From positions 15,500,001 through 15,564,000 of the forward strand of contig OX597828.1 in the NCBI GenBank assembly GCA_951406725.2: 64,000 nt of DNA, given 5' to 3'. Made by a program: the position numbers and the translations under genes. Source of the DNA: Octopus vulgaris (taxonomy: Eukaryota). This document shows, piece after piece, positions 24,771 through 38,621 of the stretch. Position 1 is the first letter of the stretch; each line of letters starts with the position of its first letter. The notes under the pieces are model-generated. The model was not told the DNA's origin and did no database searches. It was given only the letters and a program-made list of their open reading frames with translations.

Positions 24771-25196
24771 CTTTTACTCTTTTTACTCTTTTACTTGCTT
24801 CTGTCATTTGACTGCGGTCATGCTGGAGCACCCCTTTTTAGTCGAGCAAATCGACCCCAGGACTTATTCTTTGTAAGCCTAGTTCTTATTCTATCGGTCT
24901 CTTTTTTCCCGAACCGCTAAGTTACGAGGATGTAAGCACACCACCATCGGTTGTCAAGCGATGTTGGGGAGACAAACACAGTCACACAAACATATACCCA
25001 CACACATACATACATACATATATACATATATACGACGGGCTTCTTTCAGTTTCTGTCTACCAAATCCACTCACAAGGCATTGGTCGGCCCGAGGCTATAG
25101 TAGAAGACACTTGCCCAAGGTGTCACGCAGTGGGACTGAACCCGGAACCATGTGGCTGGGAAGAAAGCATCTTACCACACAGCCACTCCTGCGCCT
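24771..25196 (-). mobile_element. SINE group B, full length
   Basis: Head to (GAGTAAAA)n tail. Confidence 0.9.
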
Positions 25197-25518
25197 GGTG
25201 GAGGGCAAAAAGTACCCCTGTAAAAGAAAAAAAAAAAAAAGAACGGGCGATGTCAAGTTTTTGCTCCGAAACCACTTTTCAATAAGTTTTCAATTTTGAC
25301 GGCTGTTGTAAAATTTCTCAGTTTTATGTTTTGAAAAGTTAACTATATAAACACACACACACACACCCACACCCACACACACCCACCCACACCCACACAT
25401 CCACACACCCACACACACACGTACATCTTTCACTTGTTTCTGTCATTAGGGTGTGGTTACGCAGGGGCACTGCCTCGAAGGGTTTACAGCTTTAAAGTAA
25501 TTAAAACTTTAAACATTA

Positions 25519-25551
<33 letters not shown>

Positions 25552-25607
25552 GTAAACCTGAAAATTATGATTGTGTGTATTATGTATATATACATATGTA
25601 TGCATTG

Positions 25608-26119
25608 TTGTGACCCCCTTCGGTCATGAGTGACCATAGGATTGCACCTAGAAAGTTACCCCCGAGGCACAAGTCTGGGTAAGGTTGTTTATGGAAGACC
25701 AGCAGTCGTCCACGCATACCAGTCTCCCCTCTCCACGCCACCGATGTTATCCAAGGGAAAGGCAAAGGCCGATACAGCTTGGCACCAGTGACGTCGCAGC
25801 TCATTAATTAACGTGTAAGCGGCTGAGCACTCCACAGACAAGTGTACCCTTAATGTAGTACTCGGGGAGATTCAGCGTGACACAGAGTGTGACAAAACTG
25901 GCCCTTTGAAATACAGGTACAACAGAAACAGGAAGAAAGAGTGAGAGAAAGTTGTGGTGAAAGAGTACAACAGGGTAACCCACCCCCACCCCTACCGGAG
26001 CATCGTGGAGCTTTAGGTGTTTTCGCTCAATAAACACTCACAATTCCCGGTCTGGGAATCGAAACCGCGATCCTACGACCGCGAGTCCGCTGCCCTAACC
26101 ACTGGGCCATTGCGCCTCC
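25608..26119 (-). mobile_element. Chimeric SINE: group A head, part of beta tail, delta tail
   Basis: Module switch at about 25805. Confidence 0.8.
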
Positions 26120-26127
26120 ATATATAT

Positions 26128-26512
26128 ACTCTTTTCCTTGTTTCAGTCATTTGACTGGCCATGCTGGAGCACCGCCTTTAGTCGAGCAAATCGACCCCAG
26201 GACTTATTCTTTGTAAGCCTAGTACTTATTCTATCGGTCTCTTTTGCCGAACCGCTAAGTCACGGGGACGTAAACACGCCAGCATCGGTTGTCAAGCGAT
26301 GTTGGACACACACACACATACACACCCATATATATATATACATATACATATATACGACGGGTTTCTTTCAGTTTCCGTCTACCAAATCCACTCACAAGGC
26401 TTTGGTCGGCCCGAGGCTATAGTAGAAGACACTTCGCCAAGGTACCACGCAGTGGGACTGAACCCGGAACCATGTGGTTGGTAAGCAAGCTACTTACCAC
26501 CCAGCCACTCCT
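26128..26512 (-). mobile_element. SINE group B
   Basis: As other copies. Confidence 0.88.
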
Positions 26513-26850
26513 GTATATATGTATATTCGTTTCTTTTTTTTTCTTTTATCCTTTTTAATTTAGGGTTAATTTTTACTATCCACCCGCTTTGTAGTAAGGT
26601 TTTGAAGGAAAACATCTTTTGTTCATCATCCTTTAGATTTTAAGGTCTTGCAGATGTTTTTTTGTCTAAGACACCTTGGTCATTTGTAGTGTAAGAATTA
26701 TGGAGTTGCGTTCTTTCTCCAAGAACACAAATTCAGCCATACTTTGCTACAGACAATCTGAGTAAGTATGAGTGTCTCTGTGTCTGTGTGTCCGTGTCTG
26801 TGTGTTTATTCCTTTACAAACATGAAAGTAATCCATTTCCGACTTCGTGT

Positions 26851-26890
26851 CTCGCTGAAAGTTTGATCAATAAAGAACTGAAACGTCGAG
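26851..26890 (+). ncRNA. Degenerate hammerhead-like motif
   Basis: CTC GCTGAA AGTT...AACT GAAAC GTC GAG; 5' core damaged. Confidence 0.4.
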
Positions 26891-27184
26891 CCAACTAAAA
26901 ACGTTTTCCTACAGGAAAGCTATCAATATAACTACAATAAACAGTTAATAAAACACTAGAGCTTTAGTATTGTTTTACATCTATGCTAGACTACACTGCA
27001 GAATATGTCTATAAGCCTTTAAACACTGTGTTTACACATAGATGTAAATAACGTGTCTGTATATGCAGTAGGTCTCCGTGGACAGAAAAAAGGGGGAGGC
27101 AGCCGGACCGGGTTCAGTCTTGCGTCAGGATTTCATCACCGATTCAGTATCTTCTCTCTGATTCATCTTACGCACGAATGTTTT

Positions 27185-27403
27185 GTCGTTTATCTTTCGC
27201 TTGTCTCAATCAATGGACTGCGGCCATGCTGGGGCACCGCTTTGAAGGGTTTAGTCGAACAAAACGATCTAGGTACTTATCGTATTTTTTTAAAACCTGG
27301 TACTTATTCCATTGGGCTGTAAACAAGCTAACATCGGTTGTCAGGCGGTGGTTGTGGGACAAACACACACATAGACACAGACACACACAGACACACAGAC
27401 ACA

Positions 27404-27458
<55 letters not shown>

Positions 27459-27600
27459 CCTTTCAGTTTTCATCAACCAAATCCACTGACAAGGGCTGTA
27501 GTAGATGACACCTGCTTGCCCAAGGTGCCACGCAGTGGGACTGAGCCCAGAACCTTGTGGCTACGAAGCAAACTTCTTACCACACAGTCACACCTGCGTC
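27185..27600 (-). mobile_element. SINE group B, diverged
   Basis: Recognisable head and tail. Confidence 0.75.
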
Positions 27601-27712
27601 TATGCATACATACATACATACATACATACATACATACATCTCTCTTTCTCTCTCCCTATAGGCGGTGCTCCAGCATGACCGCAGTCAAATGACTGAAACA
27701 AATAAAAGAATG

Positions 27713-27746
<34 letters not shown>

Positions 27747-27818
27747 ATTAATTATTCCTCTTAAATATATTTACTTATATTAAGGGCATTACTATACATA
27801 AATGCCCTTAATATAAAG

Positions 27819-27876
<58 letters not shown>

Positions 27877-27981
27877 CTAAATAATAATAATAAGACGGAA
27901 ATTCTTTAACACCACTTTAATAATTCGTTACAATTGTTTCTGTACCAATTCTGCAACGCCAAATGTGTATGTATATATATA

Positions 27982-28409
27982 AAGGTCGACGTCGACTTAC
28001 GACCACATTTGCTTCCGACTCACTGGTCGTAAGTCGGCCTATATAGCTTTGTTTTATATTTTTACATTCTTAAGGTTCATTCTCAGGTAAAAGTCACACA
28101 CAGCATTTGTATTATACTATTTATACTAGCGTTAGTCAAAAATTTCGGTGTCTTAAGCAGTCGTCTTATAAATAAAATCGATGTCTCCGCGACTGGATAC
28201 TCATCCAACACAGTGGCGATCGATAACCAAACTTAGGGGAAGTGTTTGTTAGCTGACATCATCCGTTGATGGGTTAATTTCTAAGAAACCCGTTAGTTTC
28301 TAAGAAATTAAACCCATTAGATTTCAACTGGACTATTTATTATTGCTGCCGGGAGCTGGCGCACCAATCGTCGTAAAAAGTCGATCGGTCGTAAGTCGAC
28401 GACAACCTG
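27982..28409. mobile_element. Tc1/pogo(Tigger)-type MITE
   Basis: TIRs AAGGTCGACGTCGACTTACGACC / GGTCGTAAGTCGACGACAACCTG (20/23), in TA context. Confidence 0.7.
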
Positions 28410-28413
28410 CGTA

Positions 28414-28466
<53 letters not shown>

Positions 28467-28758
28467 AAGTATATATATATATATATATATGTATGTGTAT
28501 GTTTATATACATTATATATATATATACATACATATATATATACATATATATATGTATATATTTATACATACAAACATACATATATATATATATGTATGTT
28601 TGTATGTATGTATGTATGTATGTATGTATGTATGTATGTATGTATGTATGTATGTATGTATCTGTATATAAATATATATATATATTTCGTTTTTGGATTT
28701 GGTTTGCAAGATTCTTTATGTGAGTCCGTGTGTTGAAGCATATTCTGTTGTGTCTGGG

Positions 28759-29004
28759 GAGAGTCATTCTCTTTAATGCCTTACAATTAAACACACTCAC
28801 CGGTAAAATTTCCACTCATTACCTTTTTTATTTTTCCAAAAGTTTCGTTGCGTCTTGCAACCTTTTCACTAGTTGTTGACGTTTAACAACTATTGAAAAA
28901 GTTGCAAGACGCAACGAAACTTTTAGAAAAATAAAAAAGGTAACGAGTGGAAATTTTACCGGTGAGTGTGTTTAATTGTAAGGCACTAAAAGAGAATGAC
29001 TCTC
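28759..29004. mobile_element. Long palindrome (about 120-bp arms) with a hammerhead-like fold on each arm; probable PLE inverted pseudo-LTRs
   Basis: Apex near 28880; follows a TA/TATG tract. Confidence 0.75.
28890..28926 (+). ncRNA. Hammerhead-like motif, U3-A8 variant
   Basis: CTA TTGAAAA A GTTGC-AAGAC-GCAAC GAAAC TTT TAG; the mirror copy on minus has GTGAAAA. Confidence 0.5.
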
Positions 29005-29253
29005 TGCAATCCTGAAATCTTGGATTGTTTTCAGCGATTTTCTTTTACATGACATTTTGCGACGAATATGATCATCATTGGGATATGACTCTGGAGGAAG
29101 CAACTGCAAGAAATTCTGCAAAACAAGTCAGAGATCCGTTTGCAGATCTTCCCGTTCAGGGTCAGTGGCTTAAAAGCTATATGATAGCTTAAATCGCAGG
29201 CCTTTCGGGCGGCTTCTAAGCTAGTTTATATATATATATATATAGACACACAA

Positions 29254-29284
<31 letters not shown>

Positions 29285-29466
29285 CATACATACATATATA
29301 TATATACATATTTTGTTGTTGGCATCCTTTTTGTCTCGGGAGGCAACGGAGTTGCGCATAAATAATCTAGTCCGGCTTTTACATTTCATGTCCTAATACA
29401 TATCCTGCTGTGGCTGTGTAGTCCTATCCCGGACAAACACTCCCTCTGGCTGTCACGAGTGATATA

Positions 29467-29498
<32 letters not shown>

Positions 29499-29517
29499 CA
29501 TATATATATATACATAT

Positions 29518-29770
29518 GTGGAGGCGCGTGGCTTAGTGGTTAGGGTGTCAGCACCATGATCGTAAGATTGTGGTTTCGATTCCTGGACCGGGAGAGCGTT
29601 GTGCTCTTCAGCAAAACACTTCATTTCACGTTGCACCAGTCCACTCAGCTGGAAAAAATGAGTAACGCTGCGATGGACTGGCGTCCTATCCAGCTGGAGA
29701 ACACATAAGCCATTGAAACCGGGAAACCGGGCCCATGAGCCTGGCCAGGCTTTAAGAAAACGGCGCATTT
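29518..29770 (+). mobile_element. SINE head D with alpha tail
   Basis: GGAGGCGCGTGGCTTAGTGG...CACTCAGCTG then TGCGATGGACTGGCGTCC...GAAACCGGG. Confidence 0.82.
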
Positions 29771-29777
29771 ATTTTAT

Positions 29778-29809
<32 letters not shown>

Positions 29810-30203
29810 CACACACACACATATATACATATTTATATATTTGTATATAGAGCAATAAGAAAATGGAGGGAATCAATAGGTGGTTCATCAACTTTTAGAC
29901 ATTATATTATGTCAACTTATTTATTTATTTACTAAAATGACATTTACAAGAATATACATACATGTATAACATATTATACTTTACATATAAAATATATTGA
30001 TATATAAAGATACTAGTAAATATAAAAATATAACAGACAGGAATATATATTGGAAAATCACTTACAGCTGTTTCAGCCAAGAGGTAAAAATACCTCATTC
30101 TACCTATCTATATATAATTTCATACATCGTAAATTTTTTAAACTTCATTTCGGTGCATAAATGTATATAGCTGTATAACAGCATTTCATTGCGTTAAAAA
30201 TTG

Positions 30204-30618
30204 AGATCCTTTCGGTTTGAACGGCAGTTTTTTCTAGCGGTGTCATATGAAATTGTCACCCATAATTATGACCCTAGTATCGATCTATTGCATTTCAATC
30301 TGTTTTAGGGTTAGGGTTAGGGGTGGGGGGAAGGGTATCTTTTTTCTTCACAAATATAAATAAACCCAATCTGTTTCTTAAACGAGGGACATATTTATAC
30401 GGCACAGAATGTTTTCACCTCAATAGACGTCATTGATTGGTTGAAATTGCAGAAATTGAAGAAAAAAACAACAAATATCTTACAAACTACAGAATTTTCT
30501 CAATAAATCCAAGAGAAAAAGATGTTTTATAAACACATTCTACCAGTATACGAAGTTTAAAAGTGTTTAGTTACGTGGAAATTATTTTAAAAAACTGCCG
30601 TTCAAACCGAAAAGATCA
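30204..30618. mobile_element. TTAGGG-containing MITE
   Basis: 8-bp TSD AAAAATTG at 30196-30203 and 30619-30626. Confidence 0.9.
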
Positions 30619-31721
30619 AAAAATTGTTATAATGACATGGGAAACCAATCGTAGTCATTACAATAAACGCGAAAACTTATTCATTCTTCTGGCCTTATCG
30701 TAGGAGTACCGAGACGTGGCTGACGTTGTCTTCTTCGTTGATGGTTTCCCAAATTGTCAGTCGTTTATATTTTCGCTTCGTTTTTGATTCATTTGTCGAA
30801 GTTCTTCCTGGTAATCTTCTAATCGCTCCCTTTTGTCCATATTATTTCGTCGTACCCCACTCTTTCTCTCACAATTTTTCTTCCTTTCTTCCTTCTCTTT
30901 CTCTCTTTTTCCATCTCCCTTCACTCTCTTTCTCTCCCTCCCTCCCCTCTTCACTCATCGCTCTCTCTCTTTCTCTCTCTCGTTCCATCTCGTCTCTTCC
31001 GTTTTCCTCCCTCATAGATCTCTCACTTCTTTATTTTTCTGTCTCCATCTCTCCGTCTCTCTCTCTCCTTCTTCCCCTCTCTCTTTCTTTGTCCATCTCT
31101 CCGTCCGTCCGTCCGCCCGTCCCTCTTCTGTCTGTTTGTCTCTCTGTCTCCTCCCTCTCTCTCCCCATCTCTCTCCCTGTTGATGCCGGAAAAGACCGTT
31201 TAACCCTATTACTTGGCGATAATGCTTCAGGAAACTTCAGACTGAATGAAGGCAATGCTCGTTTACCGTTCAGAGACAGCGCGACTAACGAGGCGGGATG
31301 TCAAAATACATATCTGCCTGTGATATTAAAATCAAACAAGGTCTGAGCGACAATAAAAAATTTCACACAGACTTGTACCATGCTTTAGTCTCGTAGAGAA
31401 AAACACAAAATGTTATTGAGCAGAACACGACCTTAAACCCATAGTATTTATCTTTTAAGTTCTATCTTTTACTTGTTTCTGTCACTAGATTGCGACCGTG
31501 CTGGGGCACAGCCTAGAAGGATTTTAGTCGAACGAATCGACCCCAGCACCATTTTTTTAAAGCCTGGTACCTATTTTATTGGTCTCTTAGGCCGAACCGC
31601 TAAGTTACGGGGACTTAAACACACCAATACCGGTTAAGAAGAAGGAGAAGAAGAGCCAACGAGGAGCTCTTTTTACTTGGTCACTCGATCTGTTAGAAAT
31701 AACAGCCACATCGTCCTCAAA

Positions 31722-31872
31722 CCGCAATGGTCCAGTGGTTAGGGCAGCGGACTCACGGTCGGAGGATCGCCGTTTCGATTCCCAGACCGGGAGTTGTGTG
31801 TGTTTATTGAGCGAAAACACCTAAAGCTCCACGAGGCTCTGGCAGGGGTAGGAGGCGACCTCTGTTGTACTC
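31722..31872 (+). mobile_element. SINE group A 5' part, fused to the LINE remnant
   Basis: Ends abruptly at TGTTGTACTC. Confidence 0.8.
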
Positions 31873-33350
31873 GAATTGGTTCGACTGTGGCTTTGAAGAT
31901 TTTAAGTTTGAAATTTCTACTTAGATTTGATGACCAGATCTTATGCATATCATTACAGGCTGACCAGGCCATACCCTTTCTAGTTAGAAAATCTTTTTCA
32001 GATGATATGTATGAATGACCCAAGATATTTGTAATCAGAAACCATATTTAAGGGCGTATTGTTGAGAGTATGGATGATGCAATCACTGTTGGACAGGCAC
32101 TTGTTTGCATATTCAGTCTTGGACTCATTGAGGTAAAGACCTACACAATTTGAGGCTTGTTCAAGAGATTGTAAAAGAGACTGTGCATTGGAGTGAGAAT
32201 CTCTGATAAGGGCGATGTCGTCAGTAAAGTCAGTGTCTGTTAAGTATTCAGCTGGGTGTCTGGACTTCTAGGTTTTATTTCAAAGCCCTTGCCAGAAATG
32301 GTATCAACAGACATACGTAGCACATAGTCAACGACAATAATGAAGAGAAATGGGGCGAGTGTGTCTCCCTGCAGTATTCCGGCTTTGATAGAGAAAGATG
32401 ATGTTTCTCCATCAGGGGTTAAGATGGTTGAAGACGTATCTGTGTAGAGGACCTTGATGGCAGAAATGATTTTGTCTGGAATCCCATAGAGCTTAAGGAT
32501 TTCAAACATCTTGTACCTATCTACAGAGTCGAATGCTTTAGAAAAGTCTACAAACACCATTGCAAGATCGCGATTAAATGCTTTTGATTCTTCAATAAGT
32601 CTGCGTAGGCATAGTATTTGGCTCAACGTTGAGCGCCCATGTCTGAATCCATTTTGGTTCTTTCGGAGCAAAGGTTCAACAAAAAGGACGAGACGGTTTA
32701 GAATCAGTTTGTTGTACAATTTTGCAGCAATTGACATTAGAGATATACCCCTGTAGTTGGTGACGAGGGATAAATCGCCTTTTTTGGGTATTGGGATGAT
32801 TTGAGATTGGTGCCAAATCTTTGGAGCTATAAAAGTGGAAAGTGTGTGGTTGCAAAGATTGAACAAAAGTACGTGAAATCTATCATCCTTCCAAATTATA
32901 GCTGGGATGTTGTCGGGACCAAATGCTTTCGAGGCTTTCAGTTGTTTAGTGGCTGCTATTAGTTCAAATATGGTAAAAGGGGAGGTGTTGATGTCCAGCG
33001 TGTCTGATATAGGCACACTTGGAAGAGTGGGATTATCAGGGATTTTGGCATTCTTTCAAAGAAGGTTTTTAAAATGAATTGACCAATTTTCTAAACGCTT
33101 CTTAGCTGATCTCCCTTTAATTCTAATTGATGACCCAGAATTTTTGCCTGATAGGTCTTTGATGGATTTCCAGGCAAGATGGTGTTTTTTACTAATGTGC
33201 TCTTTGGATGGTTTGCTAATTTTGCCGTTGATAAAGTCGACCTCGGCGTTCAAGTAAGCATCATCAAGATTCTTCTTGGCAGTTATGAGTTGGATCTTCA
33301 GTGACTGGGATGGAGAACGGTGGTAAGCTAGTGATATAGACTTTAGATGG
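31873..33350 (-). mobile_element. RTE-like non-LTR retrotransposon remnant (reverse transcriptase pseudogene)
   Basis: ORFs 33056-33448 and 32240-33016: GPDNIP, PKKGDLS..NYRGISL, QNGFR..RST, FVDFSKAFDSV, GILQGDTLAPFLF. After a frameshift, DTDFTDDIAL (FADD box) and YKYLG. Stop codon and frameshifts present; 33350-33610 may be 5' sequence. Confidence 0.92.
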
Positions 33351-34060
33351 TGTAACCTACTATAGTGTGGTAAACTTTCAGTCCCTAGTCTAGATTGCGA
33401 ATACTCTCTACCCCAGGATGGTTCAGCTCTCCACCCGTTAAAAGCCACCGTTTATAGAATGAGGATAACAACGTAGCTTTCGCGCCCGTGCAACCGCCAG
33501 TCTATCGCGTGTGTTAGGTGGATCTTCAAGTTGCCACACGCATTCTTAGTAGCTTAGAGTAGGCTCGAATTAGAGATTATTCTTTGTGGTTAATGGCGTG
33601 AGTCCTGATTGGAAGAAGAAGAAGAAAAAGAAGACAACAACAATAGTAACATGAACAACGAGCTGTTATTTGAAGCAGGTCAAACGACCACACGGAGTCT
33701 TCGTTGGATCAAATACCGGCATATTTTGGGAAGCCGGTAATTAAATCAGCTTTATTACACGCTGTGGGGAGTGGTTTATGAAAGATTTGGTTGCTATTTC
33801 TAGCTTGTTGACTGACTACTTGTGAGCTCCCTACACTCGCTCACCTATCGCTTGCCTTCGTTTCTTTCTCGGTGATAAAATTAATCTTCAGCTACCAACT
33901 GTATTCGCCCATACATTCTTATACTCGATCATTCTGTCATTCAGTCAATTCTGTCATTCAGTCAATCTCATTATCGTTCGGCTTTTCCATTACGAATACC
34001 TAACACCCAGTTCTGAAAGGAAATCGATTGTCAATGGAGAATATATTTATATATACACAC

Positions 34061-34131
<71 letters not shown>

Positions 34132-34152
34132 TAGATATATATGTATAAATAC

Positions 34153-34188
<36 letters not shown>

Positions 34189-34219
34189 ATACACACACAT
34201 ATATACATATATATGTGTA

Positions 34220-34262
<43 letters not shown>

Positions 34263-34404
34263 TGCAAACAGATACATACGCACCTACACACGCACACACA
34301 CGCACACACACACAAACCCGCACACATATACACGTACACAGACACACACCCGTAAATATACATGCACATCAGTATATCTCTGTGTGTGTATGTATATATA
34401 TGTA

Positions 34405-34442
<38 letters not shown>

Positions 34443-34733
34443 TATATAATATATATTTATGTATGTATACACACACACGCATATACAAATATACACAAGC
34501 ACACAGACAGACGCTCGCCCAAGCAGACACACATAGGTACACACAAACATATCTCTTTTATGCAGTCTGTCAAGCATGTATTAGTCTGTGTTCGTGTGTG
34601 TTTCTGTGTGGTCATGCGTAAACGTGACAATGCGATGTGTGCGTGCATGTCTACGTATAAACAAGCAATACGTATACATACTCTCACGTAAACGATAACA
34701 CGTAAACATTAATGTAGACAAACGTGGTGATAT

Positions 34734-34797
<64 letters not shown>

Positions 34798-34959
34798 CCT
34801 ATCTATCTGTGTGTCCGTCTGTCTGTCTATCTGTCTGTCTATCTGTCTATCTGTCTGTCTGTCTATCTTTCTGTCTGTCTGTCTGTCTGTCAGTCTGTCA
34901 GTCTTTCTCTCTGACTGTCTGTCTGTCTGTCTGTCTGTCTCTCTGACTGTCTGTCTGTC

Positions 34960-35676
34960 GAAACCGCTCTGCACGCAATCGTGCAGTGTCCAGCAATTTC
35001 CCACCTGTGGGCTTATGTCGAACGACTGCTGTCACGTGTGGGACGTGTCGGTTTATCAGCCGAGTCTATCGTTAATATCGTCACGCCTCCTTCCTTCAAA
35101 CGGGAAGGAAGAGCTATTTTTATCATACTTGTGGCTATGGCGAAAGAATGTATCTGGTGGACGCGTCTGAAAGGATTAGAGACAAACACTTTCCTCTCTG
35201 GTCAATCTCTCATCAACTTCTTCAAGTATCACTTGAAGAAAAAAGTGAGAGTAGAGAGGCAAGTTTTGTCTAGTGAATGTTTTAAAAAAAGATGGGTGAA
35301 TGTAGCAAGGATGGCACGTATGAATGACGAAGCCACCTTGACTATGATTCTATGAACCGTAAAAATTAATACAGAGAGTTGCTTATTTGCAAAAAAAAAA
35401 AAAAAAAAAAGAAATATAACATGTGACTTCATTGACCGAGGTTACCGTGGTCTTTTCCGTAGGCTTTTCTTTCCACGGGTAAACCTCACCTGTCCTCCCC
35501 TTTACACTTCATATTGACATTTCTGTGATAACGATCCCTATTGATCAATTTTTTTTTTTTTTTTTTTTTTTTTCCTCTCCCCCTTTTTTTTTAACCCCCC
35601 CTTTTTTGTCCTCTTTCTCTCCTTTTACGATCCCTTTTGATCGACCCCCCCTTTTTTTATTTTATTTTATTTTTTA

Positions 35677-35746
<70 letters not shown>

Positions 35747-35816
35747 CTTCAAAAGAAAAGCTCTACCTTGTAATTTGTTCTATCTGTGTGCAGCCCTGTG
35801 TGGCTAATAAAGAAAC
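34960..35816 (+). mobile_element. 5'-truncated L1/Tx1-clade LINE (end of CCHC zinc knuckle, stop 35353-35355, 3' UTR)
   Basis: ETALHAIVQCP...W....ILVAMAKECIWWTR...KKRW matches the E(T/S)xxHxxxxC...IWxxRN-type C-terminus; embedded in (TCTA/TCTG)n. Confidence 0.8.
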
Positions 35817-35854
<38 letters not shown>

Positions 35855-35869
35855 GCCTGTCTGCCTGCC

Positions 35870-35922
<53 letters not shown>

Positions 35923-36291
35923 GCCCGTCCGTCTATCTGTCCGTCCGTCCGGCCGTCCATCCATCTATCCATGTATGTATGTATGCGTGTATGTATGTAT
36001 GTATGTATGTATGTATGTATGTATGTATGTATGTATGTATGTATGTGTCTATCTATCTATCTATCTATCTATCTGTCTGTATGTCTGTCTGTCTGTTTAT
36101 TTATTTATTTATTTATTTATTTATTAAACTACCCAACCAGAATGTTATAATAGCAAGCTAGCTAACTTGCTATCTTTCACAATGTGAATGTATAACATAC
36201 AGCTGTTTATACAGCTATATGTGAGTGTGAGCGTGCGTGTTGTTTATGTGTGTGCGTGTGGGGTTGGGTGGTGTGCGCAACGCGGGTGTGA

Positions 36292-36399
<108 letters not shown>

Positions 36400-36476
36400 A
36401 AGAGAGAGAGAATAACTGAAAAGTTGTTTCTTTATTTCTCTCTTTCGATATGTCTCATTCCTGTTTCGTGTTTGTG

Positions 36477-36533
<57 letters not shown>

Positions 36534-36541
36534 ATGTGTAT

Positions 36542-36580
<39 letters not shown>

Positions 36581-36887
36581 AGACAGACAGACAGACTAGT
36601 GTAGATAAATTTAATAGAAAGTTCCTTCTTTAATCTCTACAAATACCCCTTTCTCTCTCTCTCTCTCTCTCTCTCTCCATCACCTTCGATCTCTGACACT
36701 CTCCTTCTCTTTCTACTTCTATTTCAAAATGTGAACGAGGAACTGCATTGCTTGCCATAAGTCGATCAATCAATAGTCACAACTAATCACGTAGCTGTGA
36801 CTAGAGTGAGACTTAACAATCTTAACGTAGTGAAATACCTAGACATGTTACTCTTTCACATAACGCATGTGTATATATGTATGTGCA

Positions 36888-37400
36888 TACCTACAAACCT
36901 ACCAACAAACCTACCTACCTACCGACCTACCTACCTACCTACCTACCTACCTACCTACCTACCTACCTACCTACCTACCTACCTACCTACCAACCTACCT
37001 ACCTACCTACCTACCTACCTACCTACCTACCTACCTACTAACCTACCTACCAACCTACCTACCGACCTACCTACCAACCTACCTACATACCTACCTACCT
37101 ACCTACCGACCGACCTACCTACCAACCTTCCTACCTACCTACCTACCTACCAACTACCTACCTACCTACCTACCAACCTACCTAACTACCTACCTGCCAA
37201 CCTACCTACCAACCTACCTACATACCTACCTACCTACCTACCGACCTACCTACCTACCTACCTACCTACCTACCTACCTACCTACCTACCTACCTACATA
37301 CATACATACATACATTCATACTTACCTACAGACCTACCTACCTACCTACCTACCTACCTACCTACCTACCTACCAACCAGCCTACCTACCTACCTACCTA
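36888..37400. repeat. (CCTA)n microsatellite
   Basis: Direct read. Confidence 0.95.
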
Positions 37401-37571
37401 CATATATAGATAGGGATATCTTCTAGCGATTCATCAATGTGTATTTTCACATACATTGATATATACATACGTATGTACGTATATGTACATATTGCATCAC
37501 ACCCCGCTACAGAGTTTCATTGTAGTCATACCAACAATCTTGACGCTGTGTAGCAACATGCTTTACATTTC

Positions 37572-37659
<88 letters not shown>

Positions 37660-37669
37660 AAATATAATA

Positions 37670-37826
37670 TGTGACAATTATTCAGTAGCCATGATAAAAC
37701 TCCGAGTTTCGGATGTCGGGGCGGATTTTTTTTCGATGGCCGGATAACTGAAGAGATGGCGGCGTCGGTTTCCGCCCCGACATCCGAAACTCGGAGTTTT
37801 ATCATGGCTTCCGAATAATTGTCACA
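37670..37826. mobile_element. Foldback (56-bp arms) with hammerhead; probable PLE pseudo-LTR
   Basis: Arms 37670-37725 and 37771-37826, between (TA)n/(TG)n tracts. Confidence 0.75.
37743..37803 (+). ncRNA. Hammerhead-ribozyme-like motif, canonical core
   Basis: GATAA CTGAAGA GATG...CATC C GAAAC TCGGAG TT TTATC. Confidence 0.65.
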
Positions 37827-37905
37827 AAATATATTTACAGATAAATTCCTCTATATACATAATATCGAGGTCTCTTTCATTCTTTTGTTGTCTTATCATT
37901 TCTAT

Positions 37906-37977
<72 letters not shown>

Positions 37978-38621
37978 GGTAGTGTCCCAGTATGGCCTCA
38001 GCCCCTGACTTAACCAGTAAAACTATATATATATATATATACTTTGGTACACATTTTGACAACTACACACATACATCTACATAAAGAGTGCTACGGTTTG
38101 ATGTAGCACCCACAGTCCACGAGTATTCAAACTGCTGACAATTTTAATCAAAAGAAATACTGCCATTTCAACCAAACAGACCTAAACCTTCACCACATCA
38201 CTCAGACAATCACCCTAACGTGCTATTCCAGTTCCATGTGGTTGAGCAATCTATGACCAAAGATAACAACTTGCTTGAAAAATCTGAGCTAGATGGCTTT
38301 TATCTTGCACCTTGAGCTATGTGTTCTTGCTAAAGACTGAAGTAACCGTTGATATTGATGCAAAGAGCATCGTAAGTGTTTCAGTCACAGCTAAAAGTGG
38401 AGGCAAAGAAAACAAAATTACTGTATTTAATGGCAAAGACACGCGACTTGTTAGACGTACCCCAAATTCAGCGCATGTTCAGGGGGGGAAAATGTTTTAG
38501 TTCAGAGGTTCTCAACTATTTTTTACTTGTAGAATCCTTTAATTTTTATTTTGCTCTACGGGATGCCCTATAGCCATTTGATGCTAAAAGAAATCCTATT
38601 ACAATTTTTACCATTAAATGT

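Noticed and set aside
32240-33016. RT ORF as a functional or domesticated gene, retron or group II intron
   Set aside because: Non-LTR RT motifs with an upstream stop, a frameshift before the catalytic box and a truncated 3' end
33350-33610. Possible HDV-like ribozyme at the RTE 5' end
   Set aside because: Could not build the nested double pseudoknot by eye; would need a descriptor search
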